Position numbers and translations under genes: made by a program | The notes under the pieces: generated by a model | What the model saw: only the letters and a program-made list of their open reading frames with translations | The model's database searches: none | Told to the model about the DNA's origin: nothing | Shown here: in pieces, positions 27,404 through 40,900 of the stretch | Layout of the letters: the number at the start of each line of letters is the position of its first letter | Position numbering within the stretch: position 1 is the stretch's first letter | NCBI RefSeq assembly: GCF_009914755.1 | Contig: NC_060937.1 | DNA length: 64,000 bases | Reading direction: 5' to 3' (one strand) | Source of the DNA: the human T2T-CHM13v2.0 reference genome, Homo sapiens

Positions 27404-27510
27404 AAGAGTAAGGGCAAATAAAAAACATTTTTAATTAAAAAAATTTGTTAAAAAAGAAAAAGCATGATGTAAGCTGATAAAAAAGACTATTTTTTGAAAA
27501 GAGTAAGGGC
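27404..27510 (+). other. Orphan A-rich insertion with 12-bp TSD
   Basis: aagagtaagggc at 27404 and 27499 flanks 83 bp of A-rich sequence. Confidence 0.75.
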
Positions 27511-29297
27511 TGGTAGATAGGCTCTTAGTCACACGCCTCTTATATTTTGGTGCATTCGCAGCAGTACTCTGGGGTGAGTTAGACGGGGGTTGGCAAGAGA
27601 TAACCTCACCAAATCCATTCCTGGGTCTTGGAGAGCCCCCTCCAGTCACTGGTGCCATGCTTACATTTTCTTAGTCCCAAAGTGGGGTGCTGGTAGGCTG
27701 TGTTCTCCCTTCCCTTAGTGTCACCCAAGCCAAAGTTTAGGTCACCAGGAGACCCGCAGGTCCTTGGGGACCCACTGGTCCTCTGTGCTTGGCAGAGTCA
27801 GAGCAGGTTGTGGGATATGTCAACAGGTGCCCCCTTGATGCAGTAGGTCAAGGGTGAGGATCCCTGGGCAGGGCAGTGTTGCTGTGGGTATGCAGCTGGT
27901 GTGGTGACTGCAGCTTGGGTTTTTTTTCCTAGCAGATGGCTGTGGGGACCATTCCACTCGTGCTCCCACAACGGGATCTCCTTACGGTGTCTATCCTAGT
28001 AGCTGGCATGACCAGCTAGTTTTGTCTCACTCCACCTGCACACAGATTGCTGGGCTGTTGGTTGTTCTGGGCCATGGGGCTCCTTCTGGCAGAGGCTTTG
28101 GCTGACAAACAGGCTACACCTTTCCCTGGCTGGTCTTGCAGAGGGAAGCACGTTCTGCTCCTGCTCCAGCCCACAAACCCACACCTTATACTTCTCAGTG
28201 TTTGGAGAGTAGGGGCTCTTACCCCAATCTAGCTCTGGCCATAGATCTCAGTTGGATATTCCTCAGCTGTGTGTCCGAACTCTGGGGGATTGGGACTGGA
28301 CCTGTGGCTTTGTCCTCTGACCTCTTAGGGTTGAGCACAGGCTATGCAGGGGGGCCGAAGTGCTCCCAGGCCACCAGCAAAGCACTCAGGAGGGGCAGTG
28401 GAAGCTGTGCTATGTGTATGCTTTTGTGGGAGCAGCCAGCCGGAAGACTTGGGAGGGGCTGGCAGAGAAGGGGGCGTGGCAGATTAGAGTCACCCTGGTC
28501 CCATGGGAAAGATAGCCCTGCTCTCTCCTGGCCTTGGCAGTCAGCAGAGGTTAGAGCCACAGGGAGATGGTTGTTGATGGTCGTGTTTTGCTGTAGCTGC
28601 CCCCCGCAAAACCTTCTGGGCTCCGTGCAGGCTCAAACTCTGCCTCTGTCTACTCTCTGGGCAGCTCCCCTTGCCAATCCAAATATCTGTAAGGGTGGTG
28701 GGAGCTCTTGCAGCTAGGATCTTGGAGGTCCACAGCAGGAGAGTGTTGCCTTGCAGTTCTTTCACTCACCCCTTCCTCAAGACCTGTTTAAGGTCTGGAG
28801 CTGGTCCCAGTGCTTGGCAACTCCATGTAGGGTTCCCAACTTCCTCCCTCTTCCACCTCAATGTCTGTATCACCCTTCTGTCAGCACTCAGTTTTTCCAC
28901 TCAAGAGATCTGTTTGAAACGTGATGGTTTACCTGATATTTTGGTTTCTCTTGGTGGGAGAGGCACTTCCTAGTTGCATCAAGTCAGACATCTTGTCCCC
29001 CTCCCTCCACAAAATATTTTCTATTTTCATTCCATGGATCCTTGTCAGTGAAACAAAACAACATATCTTAAACAAAAATGTAATATAACAGAAAGAAATG
29101 TTCACTTTTTTATGTGATGAAAAGTCAAGAATGACGTAAAAAGGTGATGAGGTATTTAAATCAGTAACTCAGTAAGCATTCATATTTGGCACGCACACCA
29201 CGGACTGGATGCCTAGTTTTCAGCTCTCCAATAGAAGTGATGGTGATAATATATCATATATTTCATATCTTATACATATATGTCATATGCTGTATCT

Positions 29298-29445
29298 CTG
29301 CTGTTCAATAGGGTAGCCTCTAGCTCATATGGTTTTAGACACTTGAAATGTAGCTTGTGTGTCTGAGGAACTGAATTTTCTACCATATTTCTAATTAATT
29401 TAAATTGTCTCATGTGGCTATTGGCTACTATATTGGATAGCTTAG
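29298..29445. mobile_element. MER3/MER33-like hAT DNA transposon
   Basis: ctgctgttcaatagggtagcc...gcacttgaaatgt-like core...tggctactatattggatag; terminal inverted repeats. Confidence 0.7.
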
Positions 29446-31292
29446 TAGGTGACTAGATTTTCATAATGATGATAAATCATTTGTTTTCACTGAATTCCCC
29501 TGTTCATTTGTGTAATTTGCCTTCTGCCAACCCTTTAATGTAATGTATTATCCAATGTGACCTTCATGCTTAGAAATTTGGAGTTCTGGGTGTTTGGATT
29601 TTACATTTTTTTGTGTGTGTGGATGTGAGCCCAAGGGGATGGCAGCAGATGGGGAAGATCAGGAATTTCTAAAAAGTCATTTTGGATCCAAACCAAACTG
29701 AGTTTCTGAACTACCATGCCAGACTATAAACAACACACATCTTTACCTACTCAGTCCCTATTGAGGTAATTTTAACCAAGAAAAAATTAAGAGAAGGTGG
29801 TGTCTTCTACACACTTTGCTTTTACAAGGTGACCTAATTTTGAGTAACACCCAGACTGAGTTAGCTACAAAAATGTAGGTAACTGAACAAATCACCCTAC
29901 GAATGAGTTATTCAGTATTTTTTTTTTCATTTGAACTTTAGAAAAAAATCTCCTCCCTCTTTTTCAGTAGGTTTTGTTTTGGCATGATTAATATTGGACT
30001 CCTTATTCTTGAGTAATTATAAAACATTTAGTTGTTTCTGTAGTCGCTTCTTATATCTGATTGTAAAGCCACGTTATCAGGCTTGAGGAGGAGAAAGTTT
30101 ATTCCTTTTATTTTTTTTTAACAGATGCCCCATGCCAGGCAGTGAGGTTTTTTGGCTTTATTTTTTAATTTTGGTAAAAACCAAATAATATATAATTTAC
30201 CATCTTAACCATTTTTAAGTATACAGGTCAGTAGTGTTAACAGTATTCACATTGTTGAATAGCAGATAGCTAGAACTCTTTCATCTTTACAAACTGAAAC
30301 TCTATATTCATAGAACAACTCCCTATTCCCCCTCCCTGCATTCCCTGTCAGCCACAATTCTACTATTTCCATGATTTTGACTACTCTAGATATTACATAT
30401 AAGTGTAATCATACAGTATTTGTCCTTTTGTGACTGGCTTATTTCACTTAGCATATAAGGTTCATCCATGTTGTAGAATATAACAGGATTTTCTTATTTT
30501 AAAAAGATGAATAATATTCTACTGTATATATATGCCAATTATTTTTTATCCATTCATCTGTCGACGGACATTTGGGCTGCTTTTGCCTCTTGGCTATTGT
30601 GAATAATGCTACAGTGAACATGGGTGTGCAAACATTTCTTCAAGATTCTGCCTTCACTTCTTTTGGATTTATACCCCAGAAGTGGGATTGCTGGATCACA
30701 TGGTGATTCTATGTTTAAGTTTCTGAAGAACCACCATCCTGTTTTCCACAGCAGCTGCTCCATTATTTTATAATCTCACCAGTAGTGCACAAGGGTCCTC
30801 TGCATTCTCATCAACATTTATTATTTTCTGGGTTTTGACAGTGGCCATCCTAATGGGTATGTCCTGATATCTCACTGTGGTTTTGCTTCACATTTTTCTA
30901 ATAATTTGTAATGTTGAGTATTTTACATGTGCTTGTTGGCCATTCGTATGTCTTCTTGGGAGAAATATCTATTCAGGTCCTTTGTCTACTTTGTAATCAC
31001 GTTACTTGTTTTTTTGTTATTCAGTTGTGAAAGTTCTTTATATATTCTAGATATTCACCGCTTATCAGATATATGATTTGCCATTAGTTTCTTTAATTCC
31101 ATAGGTTGCCTATTTTTATTCTGTTAATTGTTTCCTTTGATGTGCACAAGTTTTAAAGTTTGATGCCATACCATCTGTCTACTTTTGCTTTCATTGCCTG
31201 TGCTTTTGGTGTCATATCCAGAAAATCATTGTCAAACCAATGTCATAAAGCTTTTCTCCTATGTTTTCTTCTGGAGTTTTATGGTTTTAGGC

Positions 31293-31630
31293 CTTTTTTT
31301 GTTTTTTTTTTTGTTTTGTTTTGTTTTGTTTTGAGACAGGGTCTGGCTCTGTTGCTGAGGCTGGAGTATAGTAATATGATCCAGGCTCACTACAACCTCT
31401 GCCTCCCAGACATAGGTGATCCTCCCACCTCAGCACCCCTAATCAGTAGCTGGGACTACAGGCACATGCGACCATGCCTGGCTAATTTTTTTTTTCTTTT
31501 GTATTTTTTTTGTAGAGACCAGGTTTTGCCATGTTGCCCAGGCTAGTCTCAAACTCCTGAGCTCAAGTGATCCGCCCGCCTTGGCCTCCCAAAGTGTTGG
31601 GATTACAGGTGTGAGCCACTGTGCCTGGCC
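31293..31630 (-). mobile_element. AluJ
   Basis: Antisense Alu with J diagnostics (gagacagggtct, gctcaagtgatcc); TSD tggttttagg. Confidence 0.9.
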
Positions 31631-31899
31631 TGGTTTTAGGTCTTAATGTTTATATCTTTAATCTACTTTGAGTTAATTTTTGTATATGGTGTAAGGCAAA
31701 GGTGCAGTTTTATTTTTTTGCATGTGGAGATACAGTTTCTCAGCACCATTTGTCAGTGAAGCTATCCTTTTCCCCACTGTGTATTCATGGCACCCTTGTT
31801 GAAGATCATTTGGCTATATACGTGAAGGTTTATTTCTGTACTCAGTGTTCTTTTCTATTGGTCTATTTGTATGTCTTTATGCTAGTACCACATTGTTTT

Positions 31900-32235
<336 letters not shown>

Positions 32236-32685
32236 TAGTAATGTTTTGAAATTCAGAAGTATAAAATCTTCAACTTGTTTTAAGTTTGTATAAGCAACAC
32301 AGGGTTTCTTGAGAGTCCATAAGAATGTTAAAATATTTTGTTTCTATTTCTGCAAAAATAAAAAATAAAAAAAAGTGCCATTGGGCTTTTGATAGGAATT
32401 GCATTGAATCTATAGATTGCTTTGGGTAGTACACACATTTTAACAGTATTAAGTCTTCCAATCAATGAACATGGAATGTATTTCCATGTAGCAATGTTTT
32501 GTAGTTTGTGTAAGCTTTTGCCTTCTTTATTGAGTTTATTCCTAAGTATTTTATTCTTTTTGATGCTATTATGAATGAGATTGTTTTCTTAATTTCCATC
32601 TCAGATTGTTTGTTGTTAGTGTATAGAAGCACAACTGAATTTTTTGTGTTGATTTTGTGTCCTGCAACTTTGCTGAATTTGTTTA

Positions 32686-32687
<2 letters not shown>

Positions 32688-32724
<37 letters not shown>

Positions 32725-32732
32725 TGTGTGTG
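32688..32732 (+). repeat. (TG)n microsatellite
   Basis: Direct reading. Confidence 0.95.
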
Positions 32733-33298
32733 TAATCTTTAGGGTTTTCTACAGGTAAGATTATGTCATCTGTGAACAGAGATAATTTTACTTCTTTTAA
32801 CATGGATGCCTTTTTTTTTTCTTGCCTAATTGCTCTGGCTAGGACTTCCAGTACCATATTTAATAGCAGGCACTAATATGGTACCTTCCCTCAGGACCTT
32901 TGGTGATTTAAGGGAGGACACATATTTCTGTTTCAGTGTCGAGCAGTGCTTGGGTAGGGGTATGGGCTGAGAATATTAGAACAAAGAAAAGGAAATATGA
33001 GAATGTGGAGAAAAATGGAAGACTTCACACATAAGGAGACATCTGAGTTCAATATGGAACGATAAGTGGAATTTGGACTTTTGAAGAAGAGCAGGAAGCC
33101 AAGCAGAAGTCTTTAAGATACCTCTTATTTTATCTAACCCCCTATATTTTTCAGACAAGCAATGTGAGAGGCAAGAGTTAATGAATAAGCTGAGGGTGGA
33201 TCCCAGATCTATCCCTTCAGCAGTGTTCTGTCAGCTCAGGTGGTCTATCATCCCTACTACCTTGTTGAGTGATACTTTTCCTGATTAAAAGATTATGT

Positions 33299-33589
<291 letters not shown>

Positions 33590-34214
33590 CAATTGTACTG
33601 ATTGCGATCCATGAATGATTAATCATATGTATCACATTTCTTCCTGTCCTAGGCAGTCCTTTTTTACACAGAGTAGATCTAGAACTTAAGTAGATGTTCA
33701 TTATCTTTTAGAGAGTTGCACTGTACCCAAGCACTTTGTATATTTTGAAACATACCTAAATCTGAATAAAATTATCATATATGTGTATGAAAGAAGGCTA
33801 CCTCAAGATGTAGAAAAATGAAAGTTCAGTAAAATGGGTCTTGAATTAAGACAAGCAAACGATGAAATGACATACTAGCATCAAGTAACTATTTTGGAAG
33901 TTCAAATAAAAGGATTAGAAAAATAAGGCACTGGCAGTTAAATGCAATTAAATTCTTTGCATAATAAAGTGCATGCAAAAAAACCCACAAGGAATTATTG
34001 TCAAATTATTATTTTTAATGTAATTTTGGTAGTGAATGCTGATTAAGATGTATTGAAATGGTACTCTTACATAATATTGTTAGTATAAATTAATACAATC
34101 TTTTAATTATTTAGTTTAGTAATGTATTAAAAGCTATAAACATTTAATAACTTCTGAGCTAATAATTGTACTTCAACAAAGTGATCTGCTTTGAGAAATA
34201 TTTCAAATAAAATA

Positions 34215-34450
34215 ATAGTTGGCATTTATTGAATAGGTACTTTCTACTTGGCAGGCACTGCTGTAAGCATTTAACATTTATTAGCTAAATCCTCACCATG
34301 GCCTCGAGGTAAGTAAGCATTATTAGATGAAGAAACTGCATCACAGCAAGGAAAACAACTTGCCCCAGCTGGTAAACAGGGGAGTTGGGATTCATACCAC
34401 CTGCAGTATGTTTGTAAAGCCTGTGCTTCAACCATTAGGCTAGTCTGCTC
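34215..34450 (-). mobile_element. MIR
   Basis: agatgaagaaactg...aacttgcccc...gggattcata. Confidence 0.65.
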
Positions 34451-34754
34451 TCAGAGGGATATGCACACATATGTGCACAAATATGTGACTATATTAAGGA
34501 ATATCTCAAACTGTGATATTTGTTAATTAAGTAGCAAAAATTTAGAAGTTACGGTGTTACAAGACAGCAATGAATAAAGTATGGTCTGTTTATTCTACAT
34601 TGACCCTTATGTGTGTGGGCCTTAAAAATGATTATGAAGAGTATTAAACCACTTGGAAAATGATTATGACAACATGAAATGAGAAAGACTTGCATTAATC
34701 AATGTAAGACTATAAGATATCCATTATGTTTATATGGTTATAACTAAATAACAA

Positions 34755-34995
34755 TGTACATAGGACTTCCTCTGAACTAGACGCTGTTCTAAGCATTGTG
34801 TATTATTTAATTCTTATAGAGAAATTCTCCTGTGAGTAGTTGTCATCATTATTCTCATTTTACACATGAAGGAGTTGGGCTACAGAGAGACTAAGGTCAA
34901 GGTCTAGCAACAGCAAATGAAGAGCAAGGATTTGAAATCAGGCAATCTAGCTTCAGAGTGTACCTGTGGAACTAAAGTTCTATTCATTGCACCAA
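34755..34995 (-). mobile_element. MIR
   Basis: attattctcattttacacatgaagga...ggatttgaaatcaggca. Confidence 0.65.
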
Positions 34996-35178
34996 CACAT
35001 TCCAGAAGAGATCAAAATGTTAATAATGGTACTGTTTGTGTGCAGAATCACAGGAGAGAGGTATCATCCTATGTACCCCAAAAGGATTTTGACCTCATTT
35101 GCAATCACACTCAATAAAGCAAAAGGGGGAAATTACCCTTCTAGAATGGAACCCTTCCAGGCACATTTGTTTGGGTTA

Positions 35179-35553
35179 TGATATGGTTTGTGTGTCCCCA
35201 TCCAAATCTCATCTCCAATTTTAATCCCCATGTGTCAAGAGAGAGACATGGTGGGAGTGATTGGATCTTAGGGGTGGTTTTTCCCATGCTGTTCTTGTGA
35301 TTGTGAGTGAGTTCTCATGAGACCTGATGGTTTTATAAGGGGCTCTTCCCCCTTCACTCGCTCACTCGCTCACTGTCTCTCACCTGCCACCATGTAAGAT
35401 GTTTCTTTGCTTCTCTCTCACCTTATGCCATGATATTAAGGTTCCTGAGGCCTCCCCAGCCTTGTGGAACTGTGAGTCAATTAAACCTCTTTCCTTTATA
35501 GATTGCCCAGTCTTGCATATGTCTTTATAACAGTGTAAGAATGGACTAATACT
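35179..35553 (+). mobile_element. MSTA (MaLR) solo LTR
   Basis: tgatatggtttg...ggactaatac; TSD ggtta/ggcta. Confidence 0.88.
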
Positions 35554-35623
35554 GGCTACTTCCCTCAACCTCTCCTTTTTCCTTTCCCATGCCTTTCTGA
35601 AAGCCTCTACATCCTAGCACTCC

Positions 35624-35709
35624 ATTATTTTGAATATAATTATTCAAAATAGAATATAATTATTTTGAATATAATTATTCAAAATAGAATATAATTATTT
35701 TGAATATAA
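35624..35709. repeat. AT-rich 35-bp tandem repeat (2.5 copies) with internal palindrome
   Basis: Unit attattttgaatataattattcaaaatagaatata. Confidence 0.95.
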
Positions 35710-35779
35710 GAGAGTTTCGCTGGTAAAAATTACAAAGTTGACTATAAAGTTAGGACACTGGTTTTCCAAATTACATGTC

Positions 35780-36880
35780 CCTGAAATACATTTTTCACAT
35801 GGCTTCCAGGGTTTCACATTCTTTGGACTTCTTACCTCACGGAATCTTTCCCAGTGTCTTTGTTTTTGGTTGCTTCTTTCATCCTGACTTTTAAATAGTG
35901 GAGTGCCTCAGGACTCAGTGCTTGTTCCTGCCCTCTATCTGTACTCATCCCACCACATCAGTCTGATGAAATAGATTACCATCCAAATGTAAATGACTCC
36001 CAAACTAACACTTGTGGTTCAAAGTGCTCTTCAGGGTTATGGACTTGGATAGACAATTACCTCCTTGACATTTCCACTTGCACATGTAATCATTATTTCA
36101 AACATAACATGTGCAAAATAGATATTTGGTCTCTTTTCCTCATCTCAAAATAGTACCACCATTTATTTACCTAGCTGCTCTTCTATCTTCCTGGAACACC
36201 TTTGCTCCAAATCTTTGTGACTCAGTCCACATACAGGTGGCCCTCCAAATTCATGGGTTCTGTATCTGCAAATTGAAAATATTTGGGGGAAAAATAATAC
36301 AATAAAAATGGATACAAATAAAAAAATACAATAAAGCAACTATTTACATAGCATTTGCATTGTATTAGGTATAAGTAATCTAGATAAGATTTAAAGTATA
36401 CAGGAGGATCTGCATAGGTTATATGCAAATACTATGCCATTTTATGTCAGAGACTTGAGCATCAGAGATGTGCATAGGTTACATGCAAATACTATGCCGT
36501 TTTATATCAGAGACTTGACATGGATTTTGGTGCCTAAGGGAGTTCCTAAAACCAGTCCCCTGCAGATACTGAGGACGGCTGTATTCTTTCAGGTTCTGCT
36601 CAAATACAACCTCTTCAAAGAGGTGCACCTTGAACATTTGCTCTATTGATAAATAAATTTTGACTCCTGTCATTCTCTCTTCTCTTATTCTGCCTTATTT
36701 TTGTTATATCTCATAATTTTCTAACACTGCTCATTTATTTTTTTATTTGTGTATCACCCATTTCCCTCAATGGAGTATAAACTTTATGAGGGGAAGATGA
36801 GTTTGCTTTGGTACTGCAGTGCCTGGCACATAGTAGGTGGTCAGTAAATACTTGTCAAGTGTGACTAAGTGAATGAATCT
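35780..36880 (+). mobile_element. L2 3' region interrupted by MER2
   Basis: ctccttgacatttccacttg...cagtgcctggcacatagtaggtg...tgaatgaat L2 terminus. Confidence 0.75.
36234..36581 (-). mobile_element. MER2 (Tigger family) DNA transposon with internal 60-bp duplication
   Basis: TA target duplications, cag...ctg termini, MER2 core. Confidence 0.85.
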
Positions 36881-37559
36881 CATTACCTTGTATCATAACT
36901 TAACTTAGTTTCTTTGTTGAGTTTCATGTCTTTTAATAGTTCATTATATCATTTAATCAATTCAATTTAAACTTCTCAGGTCAAATGATCTCTAGTAATT
37001 TATCAACTTAGATTCTATTTCAGACTTGTATGTAGGATCCACCCACCAGCCTGCACTAGTCCTAGCCTGCTTTCTTGAGACCTAGTTCCTTTCTTCCTTT
37101 TTCCTTTCTTATTGACTTTCTTCATCATCACTATTTTACTGTCTTCTTTCCCGTTTCTAGATTTGTTTCTTTTTGCAGTATCCTAGGCTTCACTGTGATA
37201 TCCAGATGCTCATGGCGACGTTCAGCATTGCCTTCTTTTTTTGTGTGTTGCGTTTTTCTTTGTGAATGTATGATTTTCATGCTAGCTCTCACTTTCTCCT
37301 CATCTAAATGTATTCAAGAATCCTTTCTCATATTGAAACACTGAATTTTCAAAGCAACTTCAAATATATTCTGTATCCTACATTACATTTTACACAGCTG
37401 TCTCCAACTTTCTTTCCTACTGTTTGTCCTCATAAATCACCTCAGGGATGAAGCTGTTTTCTAACTTCTGAGTTTTGTGTGTTCAACTGACATTCTGTGA
37501 AGCTGAAAGGACAGGAAATATTTTACTTGAAGAAAAGAAATAGGTTGTGGTAATCTAAA

Positions 37560-37695
37560 TAATAGCTTTACAAGATATTCGCTTCCTAAACCAGGACAGC
37601 AGGGAAGTCATCTTGACCATACCATGAAAAGCTATGGAATGCCAGCAGCCACCAATAGCTGGAAGAGGCAAGGAATGGAATCTTCCCTGCAAATC
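37560..37695 (+). mobile_element. MLT1 LTR fragment
   Basis: gaatgccagcagccacca...agctggaagaggcaaggaatgga. Confidence 0.6.
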
Positions 37696-37714
37696 ATAAG
37701 ACAGTATAATAGTG

Positions 37715-37985
37715 TCTGAAATTTGCTGAAAGAAAAATAAATTGGCCAACCTAGAAATTTATATCCAGCAAACATTTTTTAAGTGAAGGAAAATAAAGAC
37801 ATTTCAAACAAACAAAAGCTGAGAATATTCATTCCTACCAAACCTATACTATAAGCAATATTAAAGAAAGATCTTTAGGCTGAAAGAAAATATCATTTGA
37901 AAACTTGTCTCTACAAAAAGAAAAAGGACCAAAAATGGTAAAGTTTGTGGCTAAATGGAAAATACATTTTTTCACAAAAATTTTT
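37715..37985 (+). mobile_element. Old L1M host element, segment 1 (ORF1 end)
   Basis: caacctagaaatttatatccagcaaa...aaacaaaagctgagaata. Confidence 0.7.
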
Positions 37986-37993
37986 TTTCAGTT

Positions 37994-40900
37994 AGAGGGA
38001 TCAAGATGGCTGAGTAGACACAGGTAGTGTGTTCCTTCTCCATGGTGATGAACCAGAATAATAAGTATATATATTTTGAGCAGATTATCTAGGAGAGAAC
38101 ACTTGGACTCACTGGAGTAGAGACAGGAAGTGCTAGAAGTAAGGAGGGGGTTTGAGGCAGCTTCCCCAGCTGGGAACTGGCAGCACCAAGAGAGGCTTCT
38201 TGACACGGGGAGACAGTAAGAGAGAAATCCCCAGAGCTCTGAAATGAGCTTGCATGATCTTTGCTACAGGAGAAACCCTCAACCCACTAGAGCCTCATGC
38301 CTGACATACAGAGCTGCCTAAATATTGCAGAGATGTTCCTGCATAAAGAGAATCCGCACAGAATCCCACAGGCATCCGAGCCTGGAGCATCCTCAGCTGG
38401 GCAGTATTTTCAGAACATAGATACTGGGAATCTGCAGACAGAGCTTCAGCTGCTGCATTGCTCCAGTAAGGAAAAGGGGAGAACAGGCATGCCTGTGCAA
38501 CCCTAGGAGGATACTTGCTACCCTACAAGGGGCTGCTGCTGAGACTGAGACATGAGTGAACTGCACCCCACATAGATTTTTGCCCATGCTTCTTGCCTGG
38601 ATGGTGCCACAGCTCTGGCCCCAGGTTAAGGTGCTATTTTGAGAGGCTAATGCTGGACTTCACCCCACCCTTGGCCGAAGTTTGTGCTGATGCAGTTGCA
38701 GCTGCCACCCAGCCAAAGAGGGACAGAGAGGCCAGGACATCCTATGCATATCTTGGACAATACCCACTATTCTGCAATGAGCTACTGAGAGACTGAGACC
38801 CAACTGGGCTGCATTCCCCACAGCTTCTTGCCCGTGCTTCTTGCCCAGACAGTGCCTCATCCTACCTGGTTGCAGGCCCAAAGTATCATTTTGAGATTGT
38901 AATGCTGAGCCCTACCCCACCTTTGGCTTGAATTTTGGCTGATGTGGCTTTAGCTGCCACCCAGCCAAGGAAGGGAAGGGAAGCCAGGTTCTCCTACTCC
39001 TGCCTAGGATAATACCCAGCACTCTGTTACAGTCTTTAGTGAGACTGAGACTCAAGTGGACCACACTCCTCACAGATTATTGTCCACGCTGCTTGTCTGA
39101 AAGGGTCCCAACCTCTGCAGTTGCAAGCCCACAGCTGGCATCATCATTAGAGACATTGCTTGGTGACTTGGCCATGGTGGTTACAGCTGGCATTTTAGCC
39201 TTGGGGCAGAGATTGGAGTGCTGGCTCTGGACAGGGGAAGGGACCCAACAGCCAAAATTGAGTAATGAGTGTGGACAGTGCCCCAACAGTAGGCACTGGA
39301 ATTAGGCTCTCTCCCATCACAGAACTAGAACAGGAGGAGAGTTGCTGAAGCTGAGGTTTCTCCTGGGCAGTAAGACATGCAGCCAGGAACGGTTTTGTGA
39401 CCTGGAACTGGTCTCCGTGTGTCATTACTGGGTGTCCCAGCCTGTTCCCTTGGTTAGCTGGGGGACAGTGCTCCACTATCTCTGAAGAGCAGGAGAGAGG
39501 CAGACCCCATTCCCCTGGAAATCTAACCCTTGGCACAGACTGCCCGTAAGGGAGGGCAGAATGCAGCCCACCAAAGTCCCCCATGGGTCAAAAGAAACAT
39601 GAATGCAGTGCCAACCACTGAAGGCAACACCACCAAAGTCCAGGAATGGACATGGAGAGGGGGTCATCTCTTGCCTCCCACCCCCCTTCTCAATGTGCTG
39701 TTGCAGGCTCAGCAGGGACGTTCCCCATTTGGGCCTGGGGAACATGGACTGAAAAATTCTGCTTTGCAGGCTTCTCCAGTGGCTCATCTCCCTCTGAAGG
39801 TGAATACATGCCAGAAGAGGGCACTTTTCACGATTCTCTGTTGGCTCCACCCCTTCCCCTACCTGCTGGCTCTTAAGCACCGTCTATTGGAATGCAGCAT
39901 AAAATACACTGCCAAATAAACTTACATCATTATAAAAAGCAATATCTGAAAGAGTCATTGCATAAACATATCTGCTACCAAGGAACCTTTACAGGTCCTT
40001 GGCACCCTAAAAGCACCCAGAAGTGAAGCCAATTGATTAGACACAATATACGTAACAGCCATAACCCCAAGGGAAAGAAGAATTAAAAAATCAAGAAGCC
40101 CCATCCAAACAATAGCAAATTAAAAACAAACAAACAAAACAAAACAAAAAAACGTCTCTCTCAGATGAGAAGGAAGCAGTGCAAAAACTCTGGCAATATC
40201 AAAAGCTACAGTGTTTTGTCACCTCCACAGGATTCCACTAGCTCCTAAGCAATGTATCCTAATCTGAATGAAATGTGTGAGATTATAGATATAGAATTCA
40301 CAATATGGATGAAAAAGAAATTCAGTGAGATCCAAGAGAAAGTTGAAATTGAACAGAAAGAAGCCAGAAAAATGATCCAAGATTTGAAAGACAAAGTAGC
40401 TATATTAAGAAATAACCAAACAGAACTTCTGGAATTGAAAAATTCCCTATAGGAATTTCAAAATACAATTGGAAACCTTAGCAACAGACTAGACCAAGCA
40501 GAATAAAGAATTTCAGAGCTTGAAGACCAGTCCTTCGAATCAACCCACTCAAACAAAAATATGAAAAAGAGAATTTAGAAAATCAAGGCTTCAAGAAATA
40601 TGGGATTATATAAAGCCACCAAGTCTACAACTTATTGGCATTCCTGAGAGAGGGGAAGAGAAAGTAAGCAACTTAGAAAACATATTAGAGGATATAATTC
40701 AGGAAAATTTCCCCAATGTTGCTAAAGAGGGTAACATGCAAATTTTTTAAAAAATCCAAAGAATTCCTATGAGATACTATACAAGATGACAATCCCAAGG
40801 AACATAGTCATCAGATGATCCCAGGTCAATGCAAAAGAAAAAGCCTTAAAGGCAGCTAGAGAAAAGGATCAGGTCACTTACAAAAGGAACCCCATCAGAC

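Noticed and set aside
35624-35709. CRISPR-like palindromic repeat array
   Set aside because: No unique spacers, mammalian context; simple tandem repeat
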